DNA from: Phoronis australis
Taxonomy: Eukaryota > Animalia > Phoronida
Reading direction: 5' to 3'
Length of the DNA: 64,000 nucleotides
Assembly (NCBI GenBank): GCA_002633005.1
Contig: NMRA01000074.1
Location: 1,021,097-1,085,096, forward strand
This document shows, in pieces, positions 14,201 through 27,029 of this stretch; the stretch's first letter is position 1; the number at the start of each line of letters is the position of its first letter. The notes beneath the pieces are model-generated. The model ran no database searches. It was not told the origin of the DNA and saw only the letters and a program-made list of their open reading frames with translations. A program made the translations under genes and the position numbers.

Positions 14201-17200
14201 GTGAAGGGGATGAAATTATTGTTGGAATGATAACAGTCAGCAGACTTGGTACAATTGTTGACTGCGTATGGTTTGCATTCGCCTGGGGCTCTCTTTACCT
14301 TTCAGCTAGACAGTGACACCGTCTCTACTTACTGCTAAGTAGCGACGGTGGCGCCATCTACCTTTCTTTGCTTAGTGAACTATACTGGTGCAATATTAGA
14401 ATATTTGTTCGTGCATTTAAAGATATTGTTTCCGCTTAACGTTCGCTAAAAACTTTGTAAAATGAAATATACTACCAGTTGGTTCAAATATTATGTAAAT
14501 ATTGAATTGGTTTATATAAGCACTGTTGACTACACGTTTTTCCTCATTATCATTTTACTTGTTACCCAGTGCCTATACGTGTGACCCTAGTTGGTGTCTT
14601 CTTATTTTTCTATATTACGTCACCATAGTTTCCTTGTCTCTGCATTTTGCGATCTCCCACATTTTCTCGTTTACTACAGATTATGACGTCACTTTCTCAG
14701 CAAGCCCTCTTTTTCATTTTGTGTAAATAAATACGCCTTCCCCTACCATTTTATCATCCATGTCGATGGCTTTTTGTTGTTTTGTCGTTTTTTATATTAT
14801 TTACGATACGTTACTTCCCTAAGGTTAAGTAGGACCTTATAGACTAGCCTGTGTAATCAGACAAATATCTACAAAACTACAAAGTGATATCCAGTAAAGG
14901 TAAATATTTTCTGAAGCTAGAAGCCTGCAGACTTTGATGTCTGCACTTATACCAATCTGCCATTGATTTGGTCACGTGACCAATGACCATGTATTTTTGA
15001 TGCTATTTGGCAATTGCGTGACCAAATTTCCTCCAACTGATGTAGATGTTCTAGATAAAGTCTCAAGACGGTGTCATAGTATTCCATTTAATGCAACACT
15101 TTATTTTTTCATAACAATCATGCAACTGGTTTAACTTGTGTCTCCGTTATGTCTCTTGGTGTTTTGCTTTATAACTGCACGCCTGAAGATAGGAGAGTGT
15201 ATAAAGACTACGAGCGAGTATATACGTGTATTAAGCTGTCTAAAAAGTGCAATTTTAGGCAATAACGTCAGTATAAAAGAACCAAACAAACACGGAATTC
15301 TTTATCACTTTATACAATGCGTACAAACCCGGCTTAAACATTATTATCGAACAAAGGAAATCGAAATATTGTGATTATAGATCAGTTAAAATACATCTTC
15401 TCATTAAGAAAAGTGAGAATCAGCCACACAGTCAAATGAGGCATAATGTGTCGACGCTGTGACTTCGTTCTGAAGCTATCATTAATTTGGCCAAATTGGA
15501 CACAATATGAACAAGACATGGAAATTCATTTTTTAACATTTCATTTATCTACAAAAATAACATTAAGAACATTCTATAATGTATAACATAGTTTGTACTA
15601 TATAGCTGTGATAAGCCAACATTTATAAAAGGCCTGAACTACATGTTTCAGCATCTTAAGAAGAATTTTGAAAGTATAAAGGTTGGTTACTTGTATTCAC
15701 ATCTTCTTAAATAGTGCACAGTATTTTTCTTTTTTTTACTTTGAAAAATATAAATGTGTTAGTTCCGTATATCCCTACTGCGAGCACCTGTTTTCTGTGA
15801 CGTCACTGAGGCTGTTCAGCACAATGAGTTATAGTCAGTGGCCGTGTGAGTACATATTCCAGTCGACAGATCAACCTATGCATACTCACAACCTTTTTGT
15901 TTTTCTTCCCTGTGACGTTGATTCATCCCGGGGCGTAACCAGACAGTTAGCTGCATGAAGACTATCGTCAAAGTACAGCTAGGTACCAGTAGCAGTGTGT
16001 GTTGAGCTCCCTTAGACTCCGAAATGTCACATAGCCCAGGCGCAGGCGTCCTCAGCTTCTGATCGTCCCCAATACACTATATAATGTACTACAAGGTATG
16101 ATGCTCCGGACTTGAAATTCCACGGGTGCTTCACTTCAGCCGTCCATAGTAAACACAAAACTCAATGAATTTTCAAAAAACAGAGGTTCACCAAACCATG
16201 AGGAATTGTTCTTTCTCCCAATACCATTTACACTGTCCAGGTCTACCGAGTTCGTAACAAATTCGCGGTCAAAGCACAAAAATTTTCCCAAAAAGTCGCT
16301 GCACACCAGCAATATGCTACACGGAAATTGCCGGTTTGTCACGGAAGGTCACGACATCAATAACTCCACTTAGCCAGACCATTTCGTAACTTTCCGTGGT
16401 GAACCGGCAATTGCCGTCGATTCGTAACTCATCGGATTATTCCGTACCCTACTTGACCTTGACCGCACTGCCCTGTCCTGTTGCAGAACGGCATCGTTCC
16501 ACTAATAGTCAACACTACACGGCAGTAAACTTGTATTATGAACTTTTGAGAGCTGAGATCGCAGACGAGTTATATACATTAAGCACAATTCTGTAGCCGA
16601 AAGGCATTCACCCAATGAGCTGTATACATAATAAAGCTTAATTTATCTCATTGCCTTTACCCATGGTACAGTTTCAGTGACGTCAGATGCGTGTTAGCCA
16701 ATAGGAATTAACATTGGGAAAATGTTTACAAAAACATGAAAGAATTACAAAGATGTGACTTCTGATATATGAGTTTATTCATAAACTAAATTACATTAAA
16801 ATGCATGTTTTTGAACTTCAGGAACCTTCAAAGAAAATCGAAAAATCACCATTTTGTCAAGTATTTTTGTGCGAATTAGCTGAGGCATTACCGTAGTTCA
16901 GGTCAATAATTTCTCTAAAAAGTTTAAGCGGCTATATACTAGTTTTCCGTTTAGTTAGACCACTACGTTTGTGAAATTTATTTCAAGTTGTTACTACTTG
17001 ATCCAAATAGGAGTGACTTCTGGAAGAATTTACAGTTCGTGAATTCTCGCGATTCGGCTCTACAAGTTGACCTAATTTATTAGCCTAGGATCGGTCTCCA
17101 CGAATAATGAACTGCCAGTCCATTGCAAGACCACGCCTTCTCATCTGATCAAGGAACTGTTTAAGATTGATTTGATAGCGAGAAGTGGTCTAAATCAAAC

Positions 17201-17497
17201 TGATTTTGTTTCTTTGACGATGTCTATACACTTTATTATGAGAAATGTAACCGCTGCAGCGCGTCTCCAGTATCCATCCACCCATTACCATTGAAATTCA
17301 AGTATCACTTTAAGATCATTTTTAAAAACGTTTTCAATGCACCATTATTATCAGCAAATATCATCTGGAGATGTCGCCTTACATACATCCTCCATTGATT
17401 CTCGTTTTCAGCACGAGTGATTACTTTTCACCAACGTGAGTGACATTCTTATCTGTAGACGTTTTTAAGATAGATTTTCATCGCTTTTTTCAACACT

Positions 17498-18499
17498 TCA
17501 GTAACCACTTTTGAAACGTGATCCACTGTTGACGATTGAATCACTATTGCGCCTCGTCACGGTACTGATTCCATTCTGCAGATCACCACTAACTTCCTCA
17601 GTTCTTGACAATACGCCCCTTCGAGATCTAATAGATGGCGCTTTAATCGGCACACTGTCGCTTTGTTGAACTTCTTGAGTGACATCGCTTGAACTGCGCG
17701 AGCACTTTTCGCCTTGCTTAGCTTCGCCCAAATCTTTCTGATTCCGTGCACGTAAATTACCCTTCTGGGTGAGAGGTTTGAGTTTACGTGGGCCAGCTGG
17801 GGGTCTTTTTGAGGTTTGATCATTCTCTTCTGATGAAGTGGAAGGAACTCGGGAACGATATTTCTCAATAAGTTTCTCTGCTGTTGGAGTCAGGAGCGAC
17901 TGTGACGGCAAATGGGATCTGGTTGCTTGCTTTTCTAAGCCAGCGTTAATAGAAGTGTACTTGAAACTGTCGCCGTCACTGAACGAGCGGGAACGCACGC
18001 TGAAGATGTAATTCGTCGCTGGGTTGTTGTTTTCATTCGTGCGTAAATGCTGCCGTGTTTTCCCGCCTTTTGTTCGGTGGGTTAAGGTCTCTACGCTGAC
18101 ACGCGATTGTTTCAAGATACTTGAAGTGTTACTATGGAGACTGGAAGATTTCTCGACATCGTGGCAATTGGTCGAGTCGCGACAACGATCTTTGAGATTT
18201 AAGTTGTAGTCTACGTAATCAGCAAGGTTATCATCGAAAACATCCGCATCGTCTTCGTCACTCAGGTTACTGCTGTACTTGACCTGTCGTGTTCGATTTC
18301 CGCGTGCTGATTTTGGACGCGTGCGATTGTTCATCTCTGCGACTTGCTCAATTTCATCTTCGCCGACAAATCCTAGTGAAGTCTGAGGTCGTCGACGGTG
18401 GTAATTTGCCGAGCCCGGTCTTTCTTTCGTGGTTCTCTGCACGTCCTCGTGATCGCTTCTGCCATGTTTCGTGTCAAACAATGTTCTTCCTGTCGACAT
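17498..18499 (-). CDS. Uncharacterised Ser/Arg-rich, probably disordered protein (333 aa)
   Basis: 1-kb uninterrupted ORF in AT-rich surroundings; RPQTS/RPKSA motifs; in-frame stop 12 nt before the ATG; no recognisable domain. Confidence 0.7.
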   Translation of the reverse strand: MSTGRTLFDTKHGRSDHEDVQRTTKERPGSANYHRRRPQTSLGFVGEDEIEQVAEMNNRTRPKSARGNRTRQVKYSSNLSDEDDADVFDDNLADYVDYNLNLKDRCRDSTNCHDVEKSSSLHSNTSSILKQSRVSVETLTHRTKGGKTRQHLRTNENNNPATNYIFSVRSRSFSDGDSFKYTSINAGLEKQATRSHLPSQSLLTPTAEKLIEKYRSRVPSTSSEENDQTSKRPPAGPRKLKPLTQKGNLRARNQKDLGEAKQGEKCSRSSSDVTQEVQQSDSVPIKAPSIRSRRGVLSRTEEVSGDLQNGISTVTRRNSDSIVNSGSRFKSGY

Positions 18500-19824
18500 G
18501 CTTTCCGAAATTTACCTTTCAAATACTGCTCAACATCAAATTGAGTAAATATGTTTTAATCCATCCGAGGCTAACCTGAAGAATTTATTTCCGTTACGTT
18601 TAACTCCATTAATGCACGCGGTCTGAACTGTTGCATTGACGTGTGAAAGTTAATCGCTGCATTCCTCCGTAATAACGTATAATCCTCCAGATATCTGTTT
18701 TAGAATACGATTTCCCTCAGTCACATGTTCGCTCTCTTTCAGTGTCCTTTCGTTTTGATACTCTTTTCCGTAGTCAATTGCAAGTCCAAACTTGAACTAC
18801 CAGAAACTTCTGCGTTTTAGTCGCTGTATATGCACAGCTACAAGCCCTTCAAACGACTTCTGCTTCGATCAAGTCGGTTGCCGACTGTGAGTAACTCTGA
18901 AACAAAGAACAATGAAAACACGTTAGTGAGATGAGATACGCGGTCACGGTTGTTTTTATAATGCAGTTTTAGGGTAAATTATTAATTAGCAAGTACCAGG
19001 TGCTCGAGGTGGTCGTCTAACGTACAAAATAGCGAAAACACGTAGTATCGATTGAAGCGCGAGTGAAGATATGACAATGGACAATGTTGAAAATATAAAT
19101 ACATTTCATCTTGTTCGTAACGATTGTTGTGACGAGCATTCGATTTTACGTTTGATCTATTTTACTCGGCGATCGTGTGAATGGGGATACGTGTGATCAG
19201 TCACTCAACTTGTTTTCAACGTTGAAGCCTGTACTGAATCAGGATGCGTGAACTAAGGGATTTAAAAATCTTGATACAATTAGATTTCTGCAAAACAAAA
19301 AAATATTCACATTTTAACTTACCTGTACATTGTATCCTGTTTCAAAGCAATTTACCTTTTTATATACTGAGGCAATTTTACGAGATCTGAGGCATGTCGC
19401 TGTGGAGCCAAAATTAAGATTTTAAAAGAGACATGATGAGTTTTACGTCATTCCTAAAATGATAAAAACGCATTTTTGGATTATTGTTAAAATAGCAACA
19501 AGACGCTAGCGACACATAACAAAATATGAACAAACTTGTGACTCACTCCAACCTCTCCGATTGAATAGTTGACTATTAAGCAGTATTTTAACAACAAGAA
19601 AAAGAGGAAACTGCTGAACTGTGTTACTTTGTTTAAAATATTACACACCTGACCGAGCCGTATGGAGAGTATAATCGAATAAAAGGAAGTGGAGACGAAT
19701 AGAGACGAGAGAAGGGTTTAATTGAGCTGGATGTGTAAAGCCCTACGTTCAATCGTTGAAATTTATATTTGGTCTGAACTTCGGAGAGTCCAGTAAAGGC
19801 GGTCACTGTCGTTCGTTCTGAGGG

Positions 19825-19890
19825 GACAGTGTGCCTCACTGGTTTGAGTTCCAGGCGCTCGTTTGTGAGACCTTGGTTCGAATCCCGACT
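19825..19890 (+). mobile_element. tRNA-derived SINE head remnant
   Basis: tgcctcactggtt (A-box-like) ... ggttcgaatccc (B box); stems not intact. Confidence 0.45.
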
Positions 19891-22579
19891 TTACTGGCAG
19901 ACTATCGAGCATTGCACAAATGCAGCTACGTCGCTTTGTTGCAGCAGAAGTTATTATTCTAAGTCAACAAATAACAGTCAATTTGCAACTAGTTGAAGCC
20001 TAAACTCAGCGTAGTATCTGACACAATATGCCATATGATTTAACAGTATCTTTCCGCCTGTGATCTAGGATATTGTCGTCATGAGCGACACATCTTAATA
20101 TTGTTATAAGTTGCCATGGTAGCTATTGTAAAACGATGCTGGTCAGGTTTTCTCCACATTGAAACAATCGTTAAAAACTAGACACTTTAATGTTATGACA
20201 CGATTGCGTGTGCGGTAGAAGATGAACATTCAACTGAAGTTACATGATCGGAGACAATTCAGAATGAATTACACGCGTAAATTTGATTAGAATTACGCGA
20301 ATTTATCAGCACTTGATCATGCTCTCGTAGTTTTTCATCAAAAATACTTCCTCGGCTTCGATTCAAGTGACCTTCAGGTACCGCCTTACTCGCAAACTGT
20401 CAGCGCGCGCAATTTTAAACCTCAGGCCTGATTTTCAACAGCACAATACCCTCGTTATCCCCTGAATAGTGGTTATGATAATTGGGTTATCGAGTTTTCA
20501 AAGCTGATTTGGCCATTTAGGAATTTTAATCAGTGGGATTTTTGCATAATTAAATCGACTGGCCGAAATTATTCGAAAATTAGACTAGACGAGGGTCTCA
20601 TTCGGTTTACGTGGGATTGTCGGCGAAGTCGAGGTCTTGAGCACAGCAATGGCAGTCCGACCCTTGCTGGAAGAGCTAAACCAATTCGTTGAATGACAGA
20701 GTTTTTTGGCGTACTGCATTTCGCCCTGTTTAGCTGGCTAAAATTGAAACGAATTGGACAGTCCTGCATTACGCGACGATTCCCGAATGTCGCCGTATTT
20801 TCCCCGCAAAATGCCGTAGTGTCCGTCAAGCATTTTACGGTAGTATATACATGTAGTCTCGTTGCCGGTGTTGTCGGCTGCCTCCGCCGTTCCCAAGTCT
20901 TTAACGCTGATCGATTTAGCCATTTGAGGCATGGTGAGTAGAAATTTACTTGGCACAATTCTGACTCATTTTTACGGAAATCCCGAAATATCACCAGGGA
21001 TATTAAGTTATATCTCCTCTGAAATTTGTTGTAGTACAGTTAGGGTCAAAGTGAGCAGAATGTATGCATTAATTTAGATTTTTGAAAAATTGTTGTATTT
21101 AAATTCAAAAGCGGGATAATTTTTTCGGTGTTTCAATAATACAGAATTGACTAAAAGAATGCGAACATCTTTCATTTCAAATAATAACGAAAATATGATA
21201 GAGCAGAGTTTAGGAAGGCTACAAACTTCGATAGATTTTTCAAGTAGAGAGGCAGCTACTAGACTTTACCCTGTATCTTCTGCTTCCGAACCACGAATGG
21301 TAGTAACAACAACCGCGCCAATGAAAGATGTTAAAATCTGCGTTTTGAGATCTTGTTTAGTTTTTGGAAAAAAATAATCAAATTTATCACAACAAGAAGT
21401 AAGGACATGAATCTTCAAGAACTGGTATTCAAGTATTCTTAGATTCAAGTGTTTCTCTGTCGCTCTTGTCAGTAATACCTGCGTGCTGGCTACCACCTAG
21501 CGGCACGAAGGGAACCAGCGAGCAAATGGCTAAAGCGATCAGCGCCATCTTGAGGCTAGGGGACGAGGCTGCACGGGCGGCAGAAAGTGGGACCAATGAG
21601 ATAAATACAGACTAGCTCATTGGTTGGACAAACAAACTTCGTAGATGCGTTGTATAAAATCGGTCTTAAAATTCCCTTACCATGATAGGACTCGTGTATT
21701 GTCACCAAGAAATACTTACAAATCCTCAATTGGTCAACTGAGAAATACGTCTCGACTCGAAATCATTGAATTGAGGTTGCCCCACCCTGAAATTCGGAAA
21801 TGGCGCGCGTGAACTTCAAAAATAAGCCACTAACATTATACAACAACTGCCCTTTCGTGAGAGTATATCGCAAATCAGCTGTGCGGTTTTACTCTTCGCA
21901 AGAACTTGAAATATCAAAAAGTGACAGCTAAACAGGGCGAAATACCGCAGTTTGAACTGATGACGTCATCAACCTCCATTTCAACAAATAACTGGCAGCT
22001 CAAGGTAATTATTCGCGATTTGTATTACTACAAAAATTCAACAGATTTTGTTGTTTTGTAGCTCTTGTCAAAACTAATAAAGTCAAGAGCTCATCCGATC
22101 TAACGGTAAACCCTAATGCGTTTCCGCCCCTCAAAACCGATTCTGATTTGCCTTTTTATTCTCCCCAAATCAACACTAGCTTCGTTCCGGGCTCCAACGT
22201 GGAGTTGGCTTCGTGTTGGCCGAAAATACAATTATCTTGTTCTTGTCTGTTTAATCGTCACCGGGCATCTACCATCGAACTTTATGGTATGCACTTCCTT
22301 GTTTGGAAAGTCACGCGAGTTGACTGAACAGTGATAGGTGTGGTTACGTAAGGACTGTATCCCAGCTATAACCAACATAATATAAAGACAAGCATAGGAT
22401 AAGATTTGTATCAGCACATTGCGAACTAACAGCATCGTAGTATACAAGGAGAGTGAACCTTGTGTTGCCACTGAGCGGGCGGACATCAACTGAAAGACGG
22501 ACCGATCGATAATTTTTATTCGCTAACTCGATGTCATTTTGTGACCAATCATGAGCGAGATTAGAGTGGATCGAGCCGT

Positions 22580-23635
22580 CCTAGTCTCCTAGGGAATATT
22601 CGTTCTCTTGATGATGTCTTCTCCACAGAAGGCCTCACGAAATCAATGACGTCAGATTGAGAGCCCTGTTGCATGGAACAGTCTCTAATAGGGACTCAAC
22701 TAAGTTCCCTAAATCTACTGCGTATTTGTGGACTTGTGGTAACACTGTCCTTTCTTGGGCTGTTGTAGTTTTCATTACTCAGTCAATTTTTGCCTTTTGA
22801 TACAAATCGAGAGTGAACTCAACGTTGAATTTTCAATAGTATCAAAATTGTTTAGGTACCTTTTCATTCTATGTTGACTGACTCGAAAGCAAAAGCAAAC
22901 GACGACCGATATTATCACAACCGAGGTAAAACAATGAGTGACTTGACTGCTCTCACAGTCAGACTATATGAAATGAGAAATTGGCGCGAAATTCTTGCCT
23001 CCCAAAATGTCACTTCCGGAGTAGACGACGAGTAATTAATTAAATTATGAAAAGCAGTAAATAAGTGAAAAATATGTCTGGGATAATCAACGAACCTTAT
23101 TTTGCTNCCTAGTCTCCTAGGGAATATTCGTTCTCTTGATGATGTCTTCTCCACAGAAGGCCTCACGAAATCAATGACGTCAGATTGAGAGCCCTGTTGC
23201 ATGGAACAGTCTCTAATAGGGACTCAACTAAGTTCCCTAAATCTACTGCGTATTTGTGGACTTGTGGTAACACTGTCCTTTCTTGGGCTGTTGTAGTTTT
23301 CATTACTCAGTCAATTTTTGCCTTTTGATACAAATCGAGAGTGAACTCAACGTTGAATTTTCAATAGTATCAAAATTGTTTAGGTACCTTTTCATTCTAT
23401 GTTGACTGACTCGAAAGCAAAAGCAAACGACGACCGAAATTATCACAACCGAGGTAAAACAATGAGTGACTTGACTGCTCTCACAGTCAGACTATATGAA
23501 ATGAGAAATTGGCGCGAAATTTATGCCTCCCAAAATGTCACTTCCGGAGTAGACGACGAGTAATTAATTAAATTATGAAAAGCAGTAAATAAGTGAAAAA
23601 TATGTCTGGGATAATCAACGAACCTTATTTTTGCT
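22580..23635. repeat. ~527-bp tandem duplication joined by a single N, probably an assembly or haplotype overlap
   Basis: Copies 22580-23106 and 23108-23635 nearly identical; n at 23107. Confidence 0.85.
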
Positions 23636-23667
23636 AAACATGACATGAAAAATGGTTGCCTTCGCCT
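23399..23667 (-). mobile_element. Solo Kolobok THAP-side terminus, same family as 51468-52768
   Basis: Matches 52503-52768 and ends ggttgccttcgcct|ttaa. Confidence 0.85.
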
Positions 23668-25590
23668 TTAACCCTAAATACGTTTGCAAAACTTGATAAA
23701 TACAGTTATACATTTTCCAATTGTTCACATTCCTCGAAGCCTTACATTTGTGAACCATAACACAAAAATGAGTAAATCATTTTGTCGAGGTGAAAGGCTG
23801 TCGACGGTGATTAATCACGATATCTACGCTTTAATTTACAAATCACAGAGACAGTTTTATCAGCTTCACTTCTAGACAACGTCTGAGTATCCTTGGTCCA
23901 AGAAAGTTTTGGATTTCAATTAAACAACCCAACAAACACGATTTCTATTAAAATTTCACCGAAGAACCATTTATCATATCATGTATGGTGACCGCCATTT
24001 TCGAAAACAAGCACCTTGGTTTTTATTTCTTGTGTGCTCCAAGGTTTGCAAAATTCAACCAAACAACATATTGTCATACTAACGTGAACGTGCCACTCTA
24101 ACGTGAACGGTGCAGATGGCTCGTTTTGTTCTCCTTGGTTTATGGTTGGACACTCTGGCTGAGTCATTAACACACCCTTGACATTTAGACAGTACATTTC
24201 GATGTTTGCATTTTGATATAATATGCACTGAATATGCACACCGTGAAACAGCAAAACCAGAACAAACTTACAAACCCACTTCAACGTTGATGCTGAGAGC
24301 TGTCCTAATGGCATTGAGACCGTTGCAAAGTCAACAATACTGTGTAACTGTGGAGGCAGTATTGTTGCGCAAACTGAATTGACGAATAAGTAAATTGTAA
24401 GGCAGCGATGGGCTGATTACGCATCAAAATGATCGTAATAGATTTTACCTCTGTTAAGTTTTCAGAACTGAATTCTAAGTCGAAGCGCTTTGGGACTTAC
24501 AAACACTGCTTTGGTTTTTCGCCGGATTTTGAAGTGTTACCGAATAAGCCTGCAAATGAAGTCTTAGACAATGCGTGCATGCGCCATCATCGAAATCTCT
24601 ACTTTAGGATTGGCTCATCCCAAGCAATTCTCTTCGTGAATCGTGACTTTCATAAGTTTCCTTACGAAAGATGGTTTTCGGACAAAATTTCCTACGAAAG
24701 GCTGGCTTTGATTCCAAGTTAGTCTGTTTTTTGCGTTCTATGTCGCTTTATACGCGAGTTAAAATTCAAATGTCCAAGACAACCAGTGAAGTGCCCAAGG
24801 TTATGGAATCCATCCCTACAAAAGGGTGGTGTTTCTGAAGCAAAGCTCTATAAAAGGTGACTTTCATGGAAGTTCCATATAAATGAATCCCTCTCTAAGT
24901 GAGTGGGTATCCGAATATTTCCAGTGGCACCTACTCGAGTACAATCCGGAATATTCAGGGGCATATGTCGTAACTCCAAGATCACTTGAATCAGAGTTTG
25001 CATACGTCAATGCATCAAGTTCAACTTTTTGATAAAAATTTCAAAGCACAAGTTAAGAAAATTATTCTGTTGGACGGAACAAACTTGCATTTTCCGTTTC
25101 ACATTTTGTCGGTATCTTTTAAATCAAACGGTCAAGAAAAGAAACAAGAAAAGATTAAAGCGTCTTAATTATTCAATTACCTGAACTGCACATGATGAAA
25201 TTTGGAGAATGAAACCAGAATTGATTGATTGGTTTCAAGTTGAATAATTAAAATCTCAAGTGTAATCACACGTCGGGGATGGTTATGGAATGATTGCTTG
25301 ACGCACGCAAATTAAAAAAAAACGTATCCTTAGGTAACAGAGGGTTAAGGACAATAAATACTTTTGAGGTGTTAACTTAGGTCAACGGCTCTTGACTAAG
25401 AAGAGATATTTGCCACGAGTTGTTTTTTAAGGTCAATCTCAGCTGCAGACCATTGTTAGAAGCACGGAAACTGTCACAGTGGGGTGTAGGCACACTGGTA
25501 AATATTGCTTTCTCGTAGGTTCTTAGGCCTATTAGTGAAAGTCATTTCTTGACAACTACGTGATTCCGAATGGATCAATTTCGGGTAATT

Positions 25591-25685
25591 GTCGGATATA
25601 ATGTGCCGGTATTTTGAGAACCAGTTTGTTGCCCGTTATCCAGTGAAGAAAACTGGTTCCAAAATTCTGATACATTATATCCGCT
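25591..25685. repeat. ~95-bp palindromic mini-element, empty homologue of the Polinton insertion site
   Basis: Arms ggatataatgtgccggtattttgagaaccagttt / aaactggttccaaaattctgatacattatatcc; aligns with 54797-54844 joined to 58587-58634. Confidence 0.85.
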
Positions 25686-27029
25686 CATTACCCAATTCGT
25701 TTGTGAGATACCACATTATTGTTTTTTGGTATCATGTCCTTCGTACTATGAAGGAGATTTTTAACTTTCAAGTGAGGAAACCTCCCCATATAATGGTTGT
25801 GACGAATTTCAGTAGCTGGAAACGATTTTATGACAGCGCGCCGTCCTACGGTTTTAGTGGATTGGCAAACCCCGGATAATTCCTTAAGTTCACACGGACA
25901 CCAGAAATACTCCATATTGGTGACCAAATTCCATACCTAATGACCAACTCCATAGTCCCGGACTTGAAGCTTTAGGATCGTGAAGGATTTAATCCCAGAT
26001 ATGGGGTAGGTCTATTTTTGGTGCGTGTGTTGAGTTTAAGGCGGCAACAGAGGTAAAAAAATTGTGACACGGGTTTTGTGTTTGCTGGTGTGAAAGTATC
26101 GTAGTTGGAATTTAGAGGCGTGCCAGAGAATCGTTCCCACGCCCTGGAATATTCAAACTTCCGCAACCGTCCTCGTTCCAGCCTCAAGATTGCTGTCGGC
26201 TTCGGGCAAGTCGAAAATACAGTCGGATTCCTTAGTGAGGGAAGTCACGTATATTCACTGTGCATTTGAAAATAGGTTTGAAATGCGTTGCAGTTATCCA
26301 GCAGTCCCAAGCATGCACATGTAACTAAATGCAAAAGACTGTTGTGATGGCCGGGTCCAAGCTGGGCTCTTGTTAGAGAAGCCAGCGTTCGTTGTTAAGT
26401 TAATCTGCGACATTTCTACGATAAACTGTGAGCCACAACAGATTGGACAGTCGTCTACCTTAGGCACTGTACTCCTACGTCCGTTCACAAACACCGGAAG
26501 GACGTAGGGTGGCTGGGGATTGGGCTAACATACGTCACGTTAATGTTTGCCTGATGCCCGTGACGCCTGACATAACTAGATGTCAATTGAACGACAAATA
26601 CTCGCTTATTGGTAAAATTGCCCGGTGATAAAGACAAATGAGATCGTGTTGTAGTTGTAATATTTACTCCGGCATGGCCCGTTTGTGTTGTTAATTGACG
26701 GTTGATTGATCGAGTGCCGGGGGTTCAACTTGTAAATTTTCCCGTATAACTTGAATGGTCAGCCTGTAGTCGCCGTAGTGAACCCCTGGACTTAACTCGT
26801 GTGCTATCAAATTTTATTAAATTTTCCACTTATTTAAACAACCAATGCAGTCGTATTCGTAAACAAGAGTTATCGGAGTTCCATCGCCTTGTCTTGATAA
26901 CGACTTGAGTTTCTACCGGCGCTTCATTTAGATTGAAACAATTTGTACGAGGAAGTTGTTACCAAGAAATTTGTGTCTGAATCTACTGTTAGAGTTTGAA
27001 AAGCAGTGTACAGTTTGATTACCACAGAA

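Noticed and set aside
19825-19890. Functional tRNA gene (also 4640-4703)
   Set aside because: Only A/B-box remnants; acceptor and anticodon stems do not pair.
22580-23635. Long direct repeat suggesting an LTR or KolobokP-type terminal direct repeat
   Set aside because: Copies abut at a single N and differ by only a few bases, typical of an unmerged contig or haplotype overlap.
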